A stretch of DNA of 64,000 nucleotides from the human T2T-CHM13v2.0 reference genome, Homo sapiens. The notes below the pieces were generated by a model. That model searched no databases and was not told the origin of the DNA. It saw only the letters and a program-made list of their open reading frames with translations. Of this stretch, positions 58,275 to 64,000 are shown piece after piece. The stretch lies in assembly GCF_009914755.1 (NCBI RefSeq), contig NC_060938.1; one strand, 5' to 3'. Numbering within the stretch: position 1 is the first letter of the stretch; every line of letters begins with the position of its first letter. The position numbers and the translations under genes were made by a program.

Positions 58275-60154
58275 TTGGCAATGACCAATAAAAGCATTTC
58301 CTCTTTGAATAAATAAATAAATAAATAAATAAAATCGCCAACCACTGTCATATCTTAGATAGCCAGTATAACCTCTGACCCTAGAGAAAGAGAAAAGTCC
58401 TGCCTCATTGCAAGACCTACCACCATTCCCATTCAGAGATGATTGGTAGGAGTGTGTCCTTTCTTCTCCCCAGAGATTGACCGGGGAAACATCCATTCCT
58501 TTTAGGAGTGAGTCCACATCAGTCAGAGCTTTTAGACAGTCCAGATAGTTGATAGTACCTTTCCTAAAGTCTGGCTTATTCAGTTTTACAATACTTTTCA
58601 AAGACAGTACAGACTGGGGCTAAACTTAGTTTAAAATTTTCTTCTACTTATAACGGCAGACAAAGACCCAATACATTATGGAACAGAACACTGACCATCT
58701 CAACTGGAAATTTGTGGATTGTAGTTAACAATGAACAGGTACAGTTTTCCACCAAACAATAGGTGAGAATTTCTTTAGTCAGGCGATTTTCACTAAACAA
58801 AAGAAAGCTGATTTATTGATATTACCACTGCTAAGGACAAAATCCTTTCCCTTTTAAATGACACTTACCCCCATGCAGGTTTCCCCATCACCTGCTGCAG
58901 GGACTGATGAAAGCTCACATTATGAGTATCTGTGATTTGTCAGTGACTGTGGCCACTGACAGTGTAGACCTGAGTTACATTTTGGTATCTTCTTTGTCTC
59001 TTCGTCTGTTAATAAGTATCTACTAAATGCTTATAGGGAACAATGCTGCTTTTTCTATTTGCTGCTTTTAATTTCATTTTTAATCTCTGCTTTTATTCTT
59101 TTATTTACTATTCTTGGGGAATTGTGTGATTAAGCTAATCATAAATATATGGTCTAGTATGTTCTTTTGTGTATACCATGTATAGATCTGTTCGTGAGAG
59201 CATATGAAGATTTTATCAGGTTCTGCAAGTGACATCACAAAACATTCATGGAAGCTAGCAAGCCAGTAGTATTAATCCAAATTCTTATGTGAACCACTAG
59301 GAAAAAAACTGGGAGGATTAAAACATTATCAGCTTTTGTCTTCTTTTATCAGTACAGATTAAAATAATTTTAAAAAGAAAAACACACTGATTTGTTGATA
59401 AAATTGACTGATAAATTACAATGTGACGAAAGGAGAGACAGTCAGTATACTCAATTCAGTGATGTTGGGAATCACTGCATCAAAGACTATGGGTGTACAC
59501 TTGCAAACCAAGTTTACCTGTGATTAGCTAAGGAGCCTAGGGAGTGAGGTCATCTTAACAGTCAGGAAAGCTTCTTAGAGATTGAAGGATGTAATACAAA
59601 GGAACCAAGTGTGGTCCTGTCTTCCACTCCCATCATTTACCATGAGATGTAAATGTCAAGAGGCTCAGCTGAATGAACTAATTGATTTGTCATTAGTTAT
59701 GAAAATCGGAAAACAAATACTGACATCTTTGTTGGGTTCAGAGATTTCGTGAGCAAAAATATATATGCAACCAAGATTTAGTTATATCATTTATAAAAAC
59801 CACACATCAGCCTTTACTCTCTCCTGCTGAACAATGGGGTGATGTCCAACGGGAGCTAAGGGAACATGTCATGGTGGTCATTCCTGTTCGGATGCAGATG
59901 TTGAGAAATGGTTTTCTGTAAGTCTCCTGTAAATAACCATTTACTACAGAGAATTTCACTTCAAAGGCAATTATCTTGTTTATATTCTTTTTGAAGAGGT
60001 CATTAATTACAAAATCAGTCTAGAAAAATCAAACCTTTGTCTAATTTTCTTTTGTTAGACTACATCTCCAAAGATTCTAATGCATATTCATTAAATTCAT
60101 CATTGGGTCAATTCTAGATTTGGGGAGATGTTGAATTATCAGGCTAATGATAAC

Positions 60155-60370
60155 TTTTTTTTAAGAGAGATGGTCTTTCTCTGTAGCCCAGGCTGGTATG
60201 CGGCATGACTATAGGCAAGGGCCACCAGACCCACTAATTTTACTAATTTTTGTAAAGATGGGGTCTAGCTATGTTGCCCAGGCTGGTCTTTAACTCCTGG
60301 AATCAAGCAATCCTCCTGCCTCAGCCTCCCAAAGTGCTGGGATTAGAGGAATGAGCCACTGTGCTTGGCC
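60155..60370 (-). mobile_element. AluJ with internal deletion
   Basis: Partial right arm and full left arm; TSD ctaatgata. Confidence 0.8.
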
Positions 60371-61699
60371 TAATGATATATTCTTAATAGCTATGCTCCA
60401 GAAACTCCTAGAGGCCTGATAGGAGAATAGGAGCCAGTTTTCCCCTCCTCTAAGCCTCTTTGCTCAAGATTCTTTGATCTGTGGCACCATGCTAGCAGCT
60501 GTATTACAAAGGATGTAGGCAAGGGGGAGATCTTGAGAAGAGGAGGCATGGTGGGCTCTGAGTACCAGAGAGTGGAGGAAAGGGCCTGGAAAGAGGGACA
60601 ACATGTGCAGAATAGAATATACAGCTACAGAATGGGTAACATTATGGACTCAAGATTAATGAATGGAGACATCTCTTGCCAGAGTTGGGAGAGACAAAGA
60701 ACAGACAGCTCATTGCCACTGGGAAGGAATGGCCAGGTATAGGCTGTCTGTGCACATCAATGATGTGACTCAGAAGGAAAGGTGTATCCAGTTTTATATT
60801 TTGATGTGTGCCTGGCTGGTTCAACTTCAGCTTTATGTCCATTTGTTGATAAAACCATGAGAAAAGTCTTAAAACATGCAGTGGATGTTAATGTACTCAC
60901 TTCTAAAATTCCAGAGCCCAGAGGCCAAAGCTGTTCTGTTCCTGCTTCCTGGGGCGGGGGGTGGGGTGGGGTGCAAAATAAGGGAACATGACATATTTAT
61001 AATATATTTATAATGATTGTGTATAATGCCTAGTGGGTTATTAGCTTTGAGTAATCCATTTCATAATGTTTTCGTAAAACAGTGGGATAGGAGAAATAGT
61101 GTAAGTTTTAGTGATGTATTCCCTTCCCAAGTTGAAAGTTTTGGTTGCTAGAGAAATGATTTATTAGTAAAAGTAATTTAAATATCAAAATTCAAAGTGT
61201 TTATTTGAAATTTAATGTACCTGACCTGAAGCCATAATTATTAGACACCGTTTCTCCAAGTTAAGACATTTACCTGAGAACCTATGTTTAACAGCCTTTC
61301 CTAGAAAATTAATTAGAAACAAACTACTTCCTTATTAGTGTGAATGGTTTAATAAGCTATTTTTAAATTATAATCATTCATAGTTCAATAAGTTTAAAAT
61401 TCTTTTGTTGGTGCAGGCATTTTCTCACAGATTAGACTATTCTCTGCCTCTTTTATTGTATGATGGGCTTTGCTTCTATTCTTTCAGTATTCTTGTCTAC
61501 ATTCTGGATACCAAGGCCATACCTGTAGCTTTTGATAGCACCTGTATAGGAACTAAGTGCCCCTTAGGAGTAAAAAGCCATCAGCGAATTTGTTCATAAC
61601 AGTCATTTGTTAATAAATATCTTTTAGTTTCTATCATGTGAAAATAAGTGATGGTACAGAAGTACTGATTTCACCCATTTGTATCCAGTTAAAATGCTA

Positions 61700-61930
61700 A
61701 CATAATAGTAATAGCAGTAGTAATGATGGTACTTTATGAAGAGCTAAGTGCCAGGTACAATGCAGGCACTGTGCTAACCAATAACGTGCATTGCCTCATT
61801 TAATCCTCACAGCCTCCTCATGAGGTAGACTTTATTGTTTCCATTTATAGTTCAGGAAACTGAAGTTCAGATAGTTAACTGCCTGAGATCTCACAGTTAC
61901 TAAATGGAAGAGTTGGGATTCTAATGTTAA
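61700..61930 (-). mobile_element. MIR
   Basis: ctcatttaatcctcacagc...ggaaactgaagttcaga. Confidence 0.75.
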
Positions 61931-61941
61931 GTTTAACGACT

Positions 61942-62328
61942 TGTTTTAGTTGGCTAAGGCTGCCATAACAAAGTACCAAAAACTGGGTTCTTAAACAACA
62001 GAAACTTATTTCCTTGCAGTCCTAGAGACTAGAAGTTCAAGATCAAAGTATCAGCAGGCCGGGTTTTTTCTGAGGCCTCTCTCCTTGGCTTGTACATGGC
62101 CATCTTCTCCCTGTGTCTTCACATGAGCTTTCTTCTGTGCCTGTGTATGTCCTGATCTACTCTTCTTATGATGACACCACTCATTTTGGATCAGGGCCCA
62201 CCCTAATGAATTCATTTAAACTTAATTATCTCTTTAAAGACTTTATTCCCAAATACAGTCACATTCTGCAGTACAGAAGGTTAGGGCTTCAACATATCAA
62301 TCTGGGGAGAACACAGTTCAACCCATAA
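61942..62328 (-). mobile_element. MaLR LTR (MLT1A/B-like)
   Basis: ggctgccataacaaagtacca...acacagttcaacccataa. Confidence 0.85.
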
Positions 62329-63469
62329 AAGTCCTTAAACCATGAAGTCTGTGTATTACCACTAAGAGGAAATATCAAGTCAGCTAGACATTTCCATTCT
62401 GGTATAAATTAGTTTTTCCCCAACTAATTTCCTGCAGGAAGATTTGGATGGTGAAACTTATAGAGAAACTTGGGGGCTCTGGGTCCTTTAGGGAATGAAG
62501 AAAAGCCACCAAAAGTGGGAACAAGGACAGAAACTAGAAGGACAGCATCTCCTAATTTGCTGTTTTGGGTAGGACCAAACTTCTGCAATTAAATTAAACA
62601 CAGCATCATTTTCTAATTTTGTTTCTATATTTAATCTTTCTAGCTTCTTCTCATTTTTGTTCTGAAAGCATCATTGCTCTCCAACCAAGCTGGCAGGCTC
62701 CTCATCTCTTGGAAAAGGTCCTGAACAAATCCCATTGTAACTTGTGAAATAGGACCAAAAAAAGAGAAACTAATAATCTGCTAGATTCTCTACCATTTAA
62801 AAAATTATTAAAAATTATAGACATCCATTAATATAGATTGGAATCCAGAAATCATTCGTGGGTATCCGGAATGTTTAATAAGAATTCACAGGAAGCCAAT
62901 CAACATCAGGGATGGTTTTTCCTCGTGAACTCCCAATTTCCATCATAGGTATTTCATCTAAAGGAATATATCAGAAAGTAAACCAGAGCACTGCTCACAT
63001 CCTGCCTTCCAAGAGTTCTTATTTCTATAACCTTTTGGGAGCCAAAGCTAATGAAGAAAGCAGGGCCTTCCTTCTACCCTCATCTATCAAGAGCCAGATT
63101 CTCCCATTACTTTTTCTCTTCCTACGCCAGTGAGTTTGTCCATGGGGCATACTGCTGAATTTGCCACTTGTCTAGAGTCAAAATTAACTACCAATTTACT
63201 TTTGGACACTCAGCTCAATGTGAATAATCCTGTTTGACAGCCTGTTAAGTGCCTTCTGAGTCAGGAAGGGCTAGTACATTTCAGTTTGCACACCAACTCC
63301 AAATGATTGATGGGTAGTGACTGTCTAGGTAAGGGCAGTGTTGAGAAGGTTGTGAGGCCATTTTTTTTTAAAGAAAAAAAATGCCATAATCAATTAGTGA
63401 GGTCTACCATGGGAGAGGGACTAGTGGCACAAATATAAATGATCTTTCATCAGTAATAAATTCAAAGCT

Positions 63470-64000
63470 GCAATTCATAGTGAGCTTACCCTGTGCCAGG
63501 CACTGGGCCAAGCCTGGTACATGCATTATTTCAGCGAATGTTCACAACTTTCCAGGGTAAGAGTTACATATCTCTATTGCAAGGATAAAGAAACTTGGGC
63601 ACAGTGGGTTTAAATAAGCAGCTCAAGGTTGTCTGCCTAGTAAGATTCAGAGCAGGGCAATCATTATATAGATTCTTGGAAAAAATGCACTGAATATGTG
63701 AATTAGGATTTGAGCTGAGGCTGCTGCAAGCAAGGCTACAGTGCTGGTATCACTGTGAGACTGCAGGGCATCACCAAGGACCCAGGAGGGGAACTTCCTT
63801 AGATGTGCCCTCAATATAGCCTTCCTAACTTGGAGCTGGCAGGCTTGTCTTCTCATAATTGAGTCCGCAGATACTTACTGAGCATCTACACTGTGCCAAG
63901 CATCCAGAATGTGGCAAGCACAATAGGGTTCCCTGTTCTTGAGGAGCTTATGCTCAAGTTGAGAGAGGCAGACAATAAACACATAAACAAATAAGATCAC
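63470..64000 (-). mobile_element. MIR (~63470-63700) and L2 3' fragment (~63870-64000)
   Basis: gtgccaggcactg...gcacagtgggtttaaataa; tactgagcatctacactgtgcca...ccctgttcttgaggagctt. Confidence 0.65.

Overview
This is primate genomic DNA, almost certainly human: it is Alu-rich and carries an L1 3' end with human-specific pre-Ta diagnostic bases. The window holds the 5' end of TRIM9, a brain-enriched TRIM E3 ubiquitin ligase, on the minus strand. One 822-nt coding exon (41348->40527; RING, B-box1, B-box2) lies in a ~2.6-kb CpG island, with a CCAAT/GC-box promoter just upstream. Positions 1-40526 are part of the very large following intron, and positions >~42400 are upstream intergenic DNA. Both regions are dominated by Alu, L1, L2, MIR, MaLR/ERV LTRs and DNA-transposon fossils. 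I found no other credible protein-coding gene and no convincing new multi-gene system; the other listed ORFs look like repeat-derived or GC-rich chance frames. The most notable observations are a short L1 pre-Ta insertion, an L1 with an apparent 3' transduction, a locally templated 39-bp insertion inside an LTR, an unexplained GC-rich ~345-bp insert between 47-bp direct repeats, a triple-Alu block bounded by one perfect TSD, an RE1/REST-like motif upstream of the TRIM9 ATG, and TSS-dependent uORFs. Repeat subfamily names are recognised by eye and most repeat boundaries are approximate.
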